From Nitrospirota bacterium (GTDB lineage: Bacteria > Nitrospirota > Thermodesulfovibrionia > Thermodesulfovibrionales > UBA9159), in contig CAVOUE010000003.1 of assembly GCA_963699545.1 (NCBI GenBank), forward strand, positions 320,001 through 384,000: DNA of 64,000 nucleotides, in the 5' to 3' direction. Under the pieces are notes generated by a model, which saw only the letters and a list, made by a program, of their open reading frames with translations, made no database searches and was not told the origin of the DNA. Shown in pieces: positions 1 to 12,877 of the stretch; position 1 is the stretch's first letter, and each line of letters opens with the position of its first letter. The translations under genes and the position numbers were made by a program.

Positions 1-26
1 CTGAAATGAAGAATGAGGAGGGAAAA

Positions 27-102
27 TGGTGGGCAGTCGCAGAATCGAACTGCGGACACGAGGCTTTTCAGGCCTCTGCTCTACCGACTGAGCTAACTGC
101 CC
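27..102 (-). tRNA. tRNA-Phe(GAA)
   Basis: Reverse complement GGGCAGTTAGCTCAGTCGGTAGAGCA-GAGGC CT GAA AA GCCTC-...GTTCGATT...CTGCCCACCA folds as a 76-nt cloverleaf with encoded CCA. Confidence 0.97.
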
Positions 103-199
103 GTGCTATCAACTATAATCATTGGCGCTTTTTGTTGTCAAGGATGGTGAAGGAATACGCGTGCCTGTCGTCATTCCTGCGACGAGTGAAGGTGGCGTA

Positions 200-1730
200 A
201 TGGAACTGAAAAAGAATGTAGGCGCATATGGACCGGCAGCCCTCTCCGGCGTTTTACTCATTCTTGCCTTCCCCACCTTTGATCTCTATCCCCTGGCATG
301 GGTCGCCCTTGTGCCCCTTCTCGCTCTCCCTCTGGGACAAGAAACCAACAGCGGCTTTCATCAGCGGCGTGATCACGGGTGTCTTCTATTTCTTCGGCAC
401 CCTTTATTGGATATACCACTCCATCACGCATTATGGGTCGCTGCCTCTTCCGCTCAGTGTCGGCCTGGTCGTTCTGCTCAGTCTCTATCTCGGGCTCTAT
501 CCCGGCCTGTTCGCCCTGATCTTTTCCCTCAAGATCAAGACGTCACGGCTCCCTGCACTCCTGCTGGCCCCTGTCTTCTGGGTAACACTCGAGTTTATCC
601 GTGCTTACGCCCTCACCGGCTTTCCCTGGTCGAGCATAGGATATTCCCAATACCGTTTTCTCTACGGCATCCAGTTTGCTGACATCACAGGAATTTATGG
701 CGTCTCTTTTATCGTGCTTGCGGTGAACGGCGCCGTTGCTGATGTGTTCATAGCAAAAAGACGAAGGGCTGAGATGCCTCTTTTCCCCTTGACCCACACC
801 CTCGCCGGCTTTGTCGCCTTCGGTACGGTCCTGCTTCTCATTTTCGGCTACGGATATTGGAGAATTCACCAGGAGCGCCCCGGAGCGTCCCTCAGGGCAA
901 GCATCGTTCAGGGGAATATCGAACAGGACAGGAAATGGGCGCCGGCCTATCAGGAAGAAGTCACGGCCATATACAGGGAATTGGCCGCCGCTGCTGCTGC
1001 CTCATCCCCTTCTTTGATCATCTGGCCGGAGACCGCTGTGCCGTTTTATTTCGGCTACGATGCTGCCCGTTCGGATGCTCTTGTGGCGTTCCAGCGCCAG
1101 TTGAATTCCTATCTCCTTTTCGGAAGCGTCATGGTGAAGAGCCCTCCTTCCGCGCAGAATCCCGCACTCCTCACCAACAGCGCAGTGCTCCTTGACAGGG
1201 AAGGAAATGTCTCCTATATTTATGATAAAATACATCTTGTCCCCTTTGGAGAGTATGTTCCCCTGAGGAGTCTTCTTTTCTTTGTCGACAAGCTCGTTGC
1301 CGGCATCGGCGACTATGAATCGGGCGACAAGGTGATTAAGGCAAACACGGCTGTCGGCAGTTTCGCGACCTTTGTCTGTTACGAGATCATATTCCCGGGA
1401 CTTGTGAGGAAATTTTATTCCAGGGATGGGGATTTTATCGTGACGATTACCAATGACGCCTGGTTCGGGAGGACCACCGGTCCTTATCAGCACTTCAGTA
1501 TGGCTGTTTTCAGGGCGATAGAGAACAGAAAGCCGGTGCTCCGTGCCGCGAACACCGGCATTTCCGGTTATATCGACAGCAACGGGCGAATTTCCCGCGT
1601 GACCCCACTCTTTGAAAGACGGGTGGAAACCCTTGATATCAGGACGGACAAGAGCAGGAGCTTCTATTCACGGTACGGAGATATATTCTCCTATCTCTGT
1701 ATTGTTGCCCTGCTCCTCTTATTACTCTAA
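200..1730 (+). CDS. lnt: Apolipoprotein N-acyltransferase (+1 frameshift near 323-329, probably a sequencing error)
   Basis: N-terminus MELKK...LAFP..LAWVALVPLL continues in the +1 frame into the 228..1730 ORF. Motifs: GFPW, QGNI, IIWPETA, YDKIHLVPFGEY, VCYE, NDAWFG, RAANTGIS. Confidence 0.93.
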
Positions 1731-1747
1731 AAAATTGGAGGTATGGT

Positions 1748-2858
1748 ATGCTGCGCATTGACGAAATAAGGCAGGAACTTCTCAATCTCAGGCTGAAGAC
1801 CGAGGCACTGAGAGGTTATCTTTGATGTCCGGGGGCTTAGGGAAAAGATAGAACACCTCCAGAGCGAACTTGCCCTGGAGTCCTCCTGGACGTCACCGCA
1901 TCGGCTGCACGAACTGCAGAAGAAAAAGGCGGTCCTCGAAAACATCCTTTCCCCTTTTGACGCCGTTGACGAAAAACTCTCCTACCTGGAAAATTCCCTG
2001 GATATCCTGGAAGAAGAAGGAGGAGATGCCTTTTTCAAAGAGATCCATGAGGAGATAGAAGACCTCAGGGAGTCCATTAAGACCATAGAGCTGAGACACC
2101 TTCTTTCCGGCGAGATGGACATCAACAATGCCATCATGACGATCCATCCAGGCGCAGGGGGAACGGAAAGCCAGGACTGGGCGCAGATCCTCATGAGGAT
2201 GTATCTGAGATGGGCCGAAAAAAAGGGGTTCACCACCCAGATCATTGATCTTCTGCCCGGTGAAGAAGCAGGAATAAAAAGTGTCACCATAACGGTTTCA
2301 GGCCCTTACGCCTACGGATATCTGAAAGCGGAAGCCGGCGTTCACCGCCTCGTGAGGATATCTCCCTTTGATGCGAACAAGCGCCGACACACCTCCTTTT
2401 CTGCGGTCCTCATATTTCCCGAGATCGAGGAAGATATGGATGTGAATATCAATGAAGATGATTTGAAGATCGATACCTACCGGGCGTCGGGGGCGGGCGG
2501 GCAGCATGTGAACAAGACATCTTCCGCCGTCAGGATTACCCATCTGCCCACGGGCATTATTGTGGCCTGCCAAAATGAACGGTCTCAGCACAAGAACAAA
2601 GCCACGGCAATGAAGATTCTAAAGGCAAGGATATACGATCTTCAGCTGAGGGAGCAGGAAAAAAGGATGGAAGGCATTGTTGGGGACAAGAAAGGCATAT
2701 CGTGGGGAAATCAGATCAGGTCCTATATCCTTCAGCCTTACCGGCTTGTGAAAGATCACAGAACCGATATCGAGGTCGGCAATGTGGATGCGGTTCTTGA
2801 TGGGGATATTGATAGATTTATCGATGCGTACTTGAGGGAGATGAGCAAGGTGGCGTAG
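1748..2858 (+). CDS. prfB: Peptide chain release factor 2, programmed +1 frameshift after codon 25
   Basis: ATG at 1748 gives MLRIDEIRQ...RGYL-stop. The +1 frame from 1824 is open into the 2115..2858 ORF, which has the SPF tripeptide and GGQ motif. Confidence 0.96.
1811..1826 (+). promoter_or_regulatory. RF2 autoregulatory frameshift site (internal SD + CTT TGA)
   Basis: AGAGGT-TAT-CTT-TGA-T; CTT at 1820-1822, TGA at 1823-1825. Confidence 0.93.
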
Positions 2859-2860
2859 TG

Positions 2861-3190
2861 CTCTTCTTCTACTTTTTATATAAGTATTATAGAAATAGTA
2901 GTAGGAGCGGTTAAAAAGTGTGGAGAACCGGAAGAGCGAGGAAACAAGCCGGGGGGAAAAGGCAACGGGTGTGGATAGTTCGGGTATTTTTCATGCGTCT
3001 TTGTTAAATGTTTTTCCCAATTTCAGTTCGACACACGTTCTTCACAGGCAGCCTTCAATCTTCTTGCCAAGGGGGTGGGGATAAGGTATAATATTTTGCC
3101 CACAGGGGGGTAGTTATTAACACGTTGTTAGTAAGTTGTGAATAAAAAAGGCCCTTTTAAATAATACTGATCTTAACAGCGCCAGGGAAA
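2861..3190. other. oriC: Probable replication origin oriC
   Basis: AT-rich tract 2871-2895 and TAG triplets 2890-2904 (DnaA-trio-like). DnaA-box-like 9-mers at 2919-2927, 2970-2978, 3038-3046, 3076-3084, 3114-3122, and a consensus TGTGAATAA at 3137-3145. Directly upstream of dnaA; the dnaA-dnaN gap is only 12 bp. Confidence 0.8.
3064..3092 (+). promoter_or_regulatory. Sigma70 promoter of dnaA with a DnaA box in the spacer
   Basis: TTGCCA-N17-TATAAT; TGGGGATAA (3076-3084) lies between the two boxes. Confidence 0.75.
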
Positions 3191-3192
3191 CC

Positions 3193-4524
3193 ATGCCTTT
3201 GGAAGACATATGGAATAAGAGTCTCTCTATCATCGAAAAAAAAGTGGGCGCCAATGCATTTGAGCTCTGGTTCAAACCCATTAAGCTCACCCAGATGAAA
3301 GAACAGGTCGCGACACTGGAAATTCCCAACAGGTTTTTCAGGGACTGGGTGGAAGACTATTACCCCAATCTTATCAGCGAGGTCATGGAGGAGATCGTCG
3401 GGTCTCCGGTAACCCTGAAGTTCAAGATAGCGGAGAAAGAAGATTCTGCGATCAAGAAGATCGATGCGCGTCTTGAGGGGCGGCGGCAGCGACTTGCCAG
3501 CAAAGGGATCTATCTGAATCCGAAGTATACCTTCAGTAATTTTATTACCGGACAGAGCAATCAATTTGCCCACGCTGCTGCAGTAGCGGTGTCGGAATCC
3601 CTGGGGATGGTATACAACCCCCTGTTCGTTTACGGCGGGGTCGGCCTCGGAAAGACACACCTCATTACCGCCATCGGCAATAAGGTTGCGGACAAAAGGC
3701 ATGATTACAATATTCTCTACGTTTCTTCGGAACAGTTCACCAACGAATTCGTAGCTGCAATGAGACATGGGAAAGCCGAAGAGCTCAAGGGGAGATACAG
3801 GAACCTCGACCTCCTCCTCATTGATGACATCCAGTTCATCGAGGGCAAGAGCGGAACCCAGGAGGAGTTATTTCACACCATTAACGCCCTTTACGAGAGG
3901 CAGAAGCAGATTGTGCTCTCCAGCGACAGGCCCCCGAAGGAGATCAAGAATATCACCGACAGGCTCAGGTCGAGATTCAGTATGGGTCTCATCGCGGACA
4001 TACAACCGCCCGAGGTCGAACTGAGGATGGCGATCATCCAGAAGAAAGCGGAGACGGAAAGGATCCATCTCACGAGCGAGGTGATCTATTATCTTGCCTC
4101 GAAGATCAAGTCCAATATCAGGGAACTTGAGGGGAGTCTCATACGGCTCGGCGCCCAGGCTTCCCTCACCGGCGAGGCCATTGATGTCCCCATGGCAAAG
4201 CACATGCTCAAGGACATCATCTCGGACGAAGACCGGCCGGTAACCATTGACCAGATACAGAAGACCATCGCGGAATTCTTTTGCATCAAGCACCAGGAGA
4301 TGAAGTCGAAGAAGAGGACAAAAGAGATCGCGATCCCCCGCCAGGTCGCGATGTATGTCTGCAAACAGCTCACGGAGTCGTCCTTGAGTGATATCGGAAA
4401 GAACTTCGGAGGGAAAGACCATGCCACGGTCATTTACGCGTGCAGGCAGATCGAAGACAGAAGGTCGAAGGATGAAGATTTCAATAAGAAGATCGAAAGT
4501 CTCTTAAAACGGATAAAAGGATAG
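3193..4524 (+). CDS. dnaA: Chromosomal replication initiator DnaA
   Basis: YNPLFVYGGVGLGKTHL Walker A, LLLIDDIQF Walker B, FGGKDHATV domain IV signature. Confidence 0.99.
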   Translation: MPLEDIWNKSLSIIEKKVGANAFELWFKPIKLTQMKEQVATLEIPNRFFRDWVEDYYPNLISEVMEEIVGSPVTLKFKIAEKEDSAIKKIDARLEGRRQRLASKGIYLNPKYTFSNFITGQSNQFAHAAAVAVSESLGMVYNPLFVYGGVGLGKTHLITAIGNKVADKRHDYNILYVSSEQFTNEFVAAMRHGKAEELKGRYRNLDLLLIDDIQFIEGKSGTQEELFHTINALYERQKQIVLSSDRPPKEIKNITDRLRSRFSMGLIADIQPPEVELRMAIIQKKAETERIHLTSEVIYYLASKIKSNIRELEGSLIRLGAQASLTGEAIDVPMAKHMLKDIISDEDRPVTIDQIQKTIAEFFCIKHQEMKSKKRTKEIAIPRQVAMYVCKQLTESSLSDIGKNFGGKDHATVIYACRQIEDRRSKDEDFNKKIESLLKRIKG

Positions 4525-4536
4525 TAAGGAGGTCGT

Positions 4537-5637
4537 ATGAAGCTGAGCATTTCGAAGGACGAGATTCAGGAGAAGCTGTCGAATATCCAGAACATCGTGG
4601 AGAAGAGAAACACCATGCCGATCCTCAGTCATTTTCTCCTTGAAGCGGGGAAGAAGGGCACGCATATCGTGGCAACGGACCTCCAGATAGCGATAAAAGA
4701 GCCTCTTGCGGCAACGGTCCAGAGCGAAGGGAAACTCTGCATCCCTGCCAGGAAACTCTTCGAGATCGTGAAGGAGGCGGAGGGAGATATCACCATAGAG
4801 TCCGAGGACGAAACGTGGATAAAGGTATCCTTTGGAAAATCCCGGTTTCGACTTGCCTGTCTCCCCTCCGGGGAATTCCCTGCATGGCCGGGGGTGGAGA
4901 GCGCCGCGGAGATCCGGTTCAGCATAGACGCTCTCTCGGAGATGATCGAAAAGACCATTTATGCCGCAGGGGAAACGGATACCAGGTACACGCTCAATGG
5001 CCTGTTATTTCATATAAAGCCCGGGGACGAGAATATCATGGTCGTCGGAACGGACGGACACCGTCTCGCCCTTCTCCGGAAGGGACTGGAGGCAAAGGTC
5101 ACGGATGAAAAAAAGGTGATCGTGCCGAGGAAGGCGGCGGCCGAACTGAGAAGGTTCTTTGGCGGTTCGGAGAGCGTTTCTGCTATAATAGGAAAGAACC
5201 ATATTCTCTTTAAAATCGGGGATGTCCATTTCCTGGTGAGGCTGATTGAAGGTTCGTATCCCAACTATGAGCAGGTAGTGCCCCCCTCCAACGAAAAGAA
5301 GGTCGTGGTGAGCAGGGAAGACTTTCTCAGAACACTCAGGAGGGTGTCCATAATGTCCAGGGAAAGGAGCAATGCCGTGAGGGTCGATATTGCGGGTGGC
5401 GCCCTGGCGGTCTCCTCTTCCAATCCCGACATAGGTGAGGCGAGGGATGAGATAAGTGTGGAATATGGAGGGGAAGATATATCCGCGGGCTTTAACGCGC
5501 GGTATCTCATGGATGCGCTGGGGGCCATGACCGCTGAGAGGGTGGTCTTTGCCCTTCAGGACCCGCTGAGCCCCACCCTGCTGACGGAGGAAGGGAAAGA
5601 GGAGTATAAGTGCGTTGTCATGCCGATGAGGATTTAG
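4537..5637 (+). CDS. dnaN: DNA polymerase III beta clamp
   Basis: ATDL, GTDGHRL, YPNYEQV, FNARYL, C-terminal VVMPMR; follows dnaA. Confidence 0.98.
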   Translation: MKLSISKDEIQEKLSNIQNIVEKRNTMPILSHFLLEAGKKGTHIVATDLQIAIKEPLAATVQSEGKLCIPARKLFEIVKEAEGDITIESEDETWIKVSFGKSRFRLACLPSGEFPAWPGVESAAEIRFSIDALSEMIEKTIYAAGETDTRYTLNGLLFHIKPGDENIMVVGTDGHRLALLRKGLEAKVTDEKKVIVPRKAAAELRRFFGGSESVSAIIGKNHILFKIGDVHFLVRLIEGSYPNYEQVVPPSNEKKVVVSREDFLRTLRRVSIMSRERSNAVRVDIAGGALAVSSSNPDIGEARDEISVEYGGEDISAGFNARYLMDALGAMTAERVVFALQDPLSPTLLTEEGKEEYKCVVMPMRI

Positions 5638-5656
5638 CCTTGGCGAAATAAAGAAT

Positions 5657-5720
5657 GGGTCAAGGGGTCCGGGATGCACGTGGTCACAGTGAGACGTGAA
5701 CCCCGGATCCCCCGAATCCC
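5657..5720. repeat. Imperfect hairpin built from 8-bp periodic units
   Basis: gggtcaag/gggtccgg... versus tgaacccc/ggatcccc/cgaatccc; the GGGGTCCGGG and CCCGGATCCCC arms enclose an inner CACGT/ACGTG pair. Confidence 0.5.
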
Positions 5721-5746
5721 TTCGATTATTCTGAAGCACAAAATAA

Positions 5747-8168
<2,422 letters not shown>

Positions 8169-8211
8169 CAGCGAGAGCTATAGCTATGATGGGTACAGGG
8201 AAAGCTCAGTC

Positions 8212-8725
8212 TCAATCCCACCAGAGAGGGTGGGGGCCGTATATCCAGTAGCGTGACGGGGGATAGTGATACGATTCTTCCTCCCATAGGTGGTATCTGC
8301 TTTATCTCGAAAAGGGGATAGGCGAACCCCCCCTCATCCGCAGCGCCCTTGTGCATCCGGACAAACTCGGCCGCAAGAGTGAACTTCCTCCCCTTATAGT
8401 AGATCAGCGGATCGATGGCACCACTCCCCTTGGGAAAAGCGGCGAGATATCCCTCGCCCTCGTTCCCTGTGAGGTAACCCTGCGAATCGACTGATACGTA
8501 AATGGCCTCTATAAGGGACCCTTCCGGTGTCACAGTGGTGCCCGTAATGATCCCTCCGAGGATCATCAGTTTCCCCTTATAAAGATCAGGGTGCGCCCGC
8601 ACCTCTAACAGCGGCACGTTCCTGATGCCCGTGTCCATGAGGTCATTCCTGATGACAGGGGCGCAGCCGGCAAGAGACACGCCGGCGAGGAGCAAGAGTA
8701 TCGGTACGATAGAGGCCCTTTTCAT
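8212..8725 (-). CDS. Slp-family outer-membrane lipoprotein (+1 frameshift near 8293)
   Basis: Lipobox LAGC, GG.I, DPLIY..GR..T, YPLF motifs. Removing one C gives a C-terminus IHLWEE..YPPSRYW..PLWWD with stop at 8212. Confidence 0.7.
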
Positions 8726-8908
8726 GTTCTTAGTTTACCATGATTGCCGTGCGGAGTTTGCAGCCCGTGAATTTTCACCACTATCAAAATCCCAACAGTA
8801 AGTGCGCAAATCTCCTGTTTTCGCCCTTCTTGGTGATACTATAGCATACAGAAGACGGTCGATGAAACGGGATACGAGTCAGTACAATAACGACTTTTTT
8901 ATTGCAGG

Positions 8909-8928
8909 AGATACCCTGCAGGGTATCT
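8909..8928. repeat. Perfect 20-bp palindrome AGATACCCTGCAGGGTATCT, related to the hairpin at 46581-46613
   Basis: Read directly; arms match those of the 46581 hairpin. Confidence 0.8.
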
Positions 8929-9028
8929 TTACTTTCCCTCTCAAAAAGAGCGTATTTTTGGCTCTAAAATTTCTGCCGATGTGTTAAAATAACTGGATTT
9001 AAGAACGAGAGGAAGGGGATCCATTTCG

Positions 9029-11439
9029 ATGGCAAAGGTACCGGTAAACATAGAAGAGCAGATGAAGGTGAGCTACCTCGATTACGCCATGAGCGTGATC
9101 ATCGGACGGGCGCTGCCCGAGGTGAGGGATGGGCTGAAACCCGTCCAGAGGAGAATACTCTATGCCATGTTCAAGGAAGGACTCCTCCCCGGGAAGAAGT
9201 ATTCCAAGAGCGCCGGTGTCGTCGGAGAGGTGCTGAAAAAATATCATCCCCATGGCGATTCTGCTGTGTACGACGCCATGGTGAGACTTGCACAGGACTT
9301 CAACCTGCGGTATCTGCTTGTGGACGGCCAGGGGAATTACGGCTCTATTGACGGGGATCCCGCTGCTGCATACCGGTACACCGAGGCAAGGCTTGCAAAG
9401 ATCGCGGAAGAGCTCCTGGCGGACATCGAGAAGGAGAACCGTAGACTTCACCCCAAATTTCGATGAAACAACCGAAGAGCCGGTGGTGCTTCCTTCCAGG
9501 ATCCCCAATCTCATCATCAACGGCTCCTCAGGGATTGCCGTGGGCATGGCGACGAATATCCCGCCCCACAATCTCGGCGAGATCATTGACGGTCTGGTGA
9601 TGCTCCTGAAAGACCCGAATGTTTCTGTGGAGGATCTCATGACCGCAGTGAAAGGACCGGATTTCCCCACGGGCGGAATAATCCATGGCACCACCGGGAT
9701 AAGGGACGCATATGAGAGGGGCCGGGGGATCATCAAGGTCAGAGCAAGGGCGAGGATCGAGCGGGAGCATAGGGGTGGAGAGAACATTATCATCACCGAG
9801 CTCCCCTATCAGGTGAACAAAGCAAGGCTCATAGAGAAGATGGCAGAACTCGTGAGGGAAAAGAAGATAGAGGGGATATCCGACATAAGGGATGAGTCCG
9901 ACAGGGACGGCATCAGGGTCGTCCTTGAGCTGAAACGCGGCGAGATGGCAGAGGTGGTCCTCAATAACCTCTACAAGCATACCCAGATGGAGACGACCTT
10001 CGGCATCATCATGCTGGCCATCGTCGGCGGAAAGCCAGAGGTCCTGAATCTCCAGGCCGTGCTGAAACACTTCCTGCGTCACAGGAAAGATGTCGTCCTC
10101 CGGAGGACACGGTATGAACTGAGAAAGGCGGAGGAAAGGGCCCATATTCTCGAAGGACTAAAGATCGCCCTTGACCATCTCGACGAGATCATCGCCCTCA
10201 TAAGGGCATCGAAGAGCCCTGAGGAGGCAAGACAGGGATTGATGTCCCACTATCCTCTTACCGAGATCCAGGCCCAGGCGATCCTGGATATGAAACTCCA
10301 GAGGCTCACCGGTCTCGAGCGCGAAAAGATCATCGCCGAGTACAAGGAAGACGCTGAAGGAGATAGAGAGACTGAAGGCGATCCTGGGAAGCGAAGCCCT
10401 GGTTTCGAAGATCATCAGGGACGAACTCCTGGAGATAAAGACAAAGTATGCGGATGAGAGAAGGACGGAGATCTCCGAGGAGACGAAAGAGATCACCATT
10501 GAGGACCTCATCACTGAAGAGGAGATGGTGATCACCTTTTCCCATCAGGGGTATATCAAACGGAACCCCCTGAGCGCCTACAGAAGCCAGAGGCGTGGAG
10601 GCAAGGGGCTCATGGGCATGGAGACCAAAGAGGAGGATTTTGTTGAGCAGCTTTTCATTGGCTCCACCCACGACTATATGCTCTTCTTCAGCAACCTTGG
10701 ACGGCTCTACTGGCTCAAGATATACCAGATCCCCGAAGCGGGGCGCGCGGCAAAGGGCAAGGCCCTCATCAATCTCCTTTCCCTCTCAGAGGGGGAGAGA
10801 ATAACCACAGCACTCCCCGTGCGCGACTTCACCGAAGGCTATCTCGTGGTCTTCACCAAGAACGGCGTGGTGAAGAAGACCCTTTTGGAGGAATACAATA
10901 ACCCCAGGGGCAAAGGGATCATCGCCGTGACCCTGGAGGAAGGGGATGAACTCATTACGGTGAGGAAGACCGACGGAAGGAGCGACTTCATCATCGGCAC
11001 GAAGGAAGGCCTTTCCATCAGGTTCAATGAGGAGGATGTGAGGCCCATGGGAAGGACCGCCAAGGGTGTCATCGGTATACGCCTCCTCAAAGGGGATGAG
11101 GTGGTTTCCGCGGAAGTGGTCGAGACGAACACCGCGCTGCTCACCGTTACTGAAAAGGGGATCGGCAAGAGGACAAAGCTCGAGGAATACCCTGTGCAGG
11201 GGAGGGGCGGAAAGGGTGTCATCTCCATAAAACTTACCGAGAAGGGCGGAAAGGCAGTCGGCCTCATGCAGGTGAGGGACGAGGATGAGGTGGTGATGAT
11301 CGCCAATACCGGAAAGCTCATCAGGACCGTCGCCGGCAATATCTCCATTCACGGCAGGAACACCCAGGGGGTGAAACTCATGGATATGGAAGAGGGTGAC
11401 CGGATCGTGAGCATGGGCAGGGTTGCAGAAAAAGATTAG
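9029..11439 (+). CDS. gyrA: DNA gyrase subunit A (+1 frameshifts near 9436 and 10348)
   Basis: [24 protein letters not shown], GyrA-box QRRGGKG and C-terminal pinwheel repeats spread over three consecutive +1-shifted ORFs. Confidence 0.97.
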
Positions 11440-11474
11440 CTGAGAACGTGCGCCGTCCTCCGCACGCTACACAG

Positions 11475-12060
11475 TTACAGTCTTCCCTTCGTGCTCGGCA
11501 GCCCTCTTCTCGCCGGGTCTATCGAAACAGCCTCTCTGAGGGCCCGGCCGAATGCCTTGAAGATCGCCTCGAAGATGTGGTGGTGGTCCCTGCCGTAGTT
11601 TACGATGACATGGAGGTTCATCATGGCATGGTTCGACACAGACCGGAAGAAATCTTCAAAAAGCGAGAACTCCAGTCCCCTCGCTGTGGCACGGGGCTGC
11701 TTCACCTTGTAGACAAGATATGGTCTTCCGCTGAGGTCGATCACCACCTGCGCGAGACTTTCATCCATGGGGACAGTCGCAGTGCCGTACCGCCTGATCC
11801 CCCCCTTTTCTCCCAGGGCCTTCTTGATGGCGTCTCCGAAAACAATGCCCAGGTCCTCCATGAGATGATGATAGTCTATCTCGATATCCCCTGATGCCCT
11901 GATGTCCAGGTCTATCTGACTGTGAAAGGAGAGAAGGACGAGCATATGGTCCAGGAAGGGGATGGAGGTGTTGATGGTGTTCTTCCCCTTTCCGTCAAGG
12001 TTCATGCTGACGGAAATGTCCGTTCTCCTTCGTCTTTCTCCCGACCCTTGCCTTTCTCAT
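11475..12060 (-). CDS. hisB: Imidazoleglycerol-phosphate dehydratase (+1 frameshift near 12025)
   Basis: MRKARVGRKTKE-TDI N-terminus, FLDHML, IDYHHLMED, PMDES, HHIFEAIFKA, PSTKG. Confidence 0.93.
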
Positions 12061-12197
12061 GCATCGCCTCCTGTACGAGCTGGGACTTCCCTCTCAATAG
12101 CTCAATTATACATGAACAGCCCTTAAAATGGCAGGGAACCAGGGGGAATGATGTATAATCTAGGGCAGGCAGAAAAATCACATCCATGGAGTCAAAC

Positions 12198-12800
12198 ATG
12201 AAAACAATACGCTGTATCCTTTTCATCATGTATCTTTTTCTTATCGCCACCCCCGCGGCAGAAAGCGCCGATGCCCAGTTTTATTTCGACAGAGGGGGGA
12301 ACTACCTGAACGAAGGACAGATTGACAATGCCATCAAAGACTACACCCAGGCCATCTCCCTCAGTCCCAAGTTCGCCGAGGCATACTACAACCGGGGCCA
12401 GGCATACTACCGCAAGGGACTCTATGACGAGGCGATCGGTGATTTCAGCAAGGTCGTGGACCTCATGCCGAGCAGTGCGGAGATATATAACCTTCGGAGT
12501 CTTGCCTATTACAAAAAGGGCAGGTACCTTGATGCTATCGATGACGAGACAAAGGCCATCTCCCTCAATGCAGGCTTCGTTGTCGCCTACCATAACCGCG
12601 GCATCGCCTATGCAAAGAACGGGCAGTACGACGAGGCCATTGCCGACTATAACAGAGCTCTCAGCCTCAGGCCGGACTATATCGAAGCCTATTTCTCTCG
12701 GGGTGTTGCCTATGTGAGAAAGGCATCATCTGATTTCCAGAGGGCGTGTGAAAAGGGGAACAAACTGGCCTGCGATAACTTCAAGCAGCTTTCACAGTAG
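12198..12800 (+). CDS. Exported TPR-repeat protein
   Basis: Signal peptide followed by about five 34-aa repeats (AYYNRG...A..DY..AI.L.P). Confidence 0.88.
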   Translation: MKTIRCILFIMYLFLIATPAAESADAQFYFDRGGNYLNEGQIDNAIKDYTQAISLSPKFAEAYYNRGQAYYRKGLYDEAIGDFSKVVDLMPSSAEIYNLRSLAYYKKGRYLDAIDDETKAISLNAGFVVAYHNRGIAYAKNGQYDEAIADYNRALSLRPDYIEAYFSRGVAYVRKASSDFQRACEKGNKLACDNFKQLSQ

Positions 12801-12840
12801 CAACGAGACGAACAGACCAAAAGGCAAAGAAAAACCTGGA

Positions 12841-12871
12841 AGCTGAGAGCTGACAGGTACAAGCTCTCAGC
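12841..12871. terminator. Hairpin between convergent genes (possible bidirectional terminator)
   Basis: GCTGAGAGCT...AGCTCTCAGC inverted repeat between the TPR and sigma stop codons. Confidence 0.5.
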
Positions 12872-12877
12872 CCTTTG

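Noticed and set aside
12840-12856. 17-bp near-repeat with 46704-46720 (aagctgagagct.acag) as an att pair
   Set aside because: A low-complexity heptamer-type motif bracketing 34 kb of housekeeping genes.
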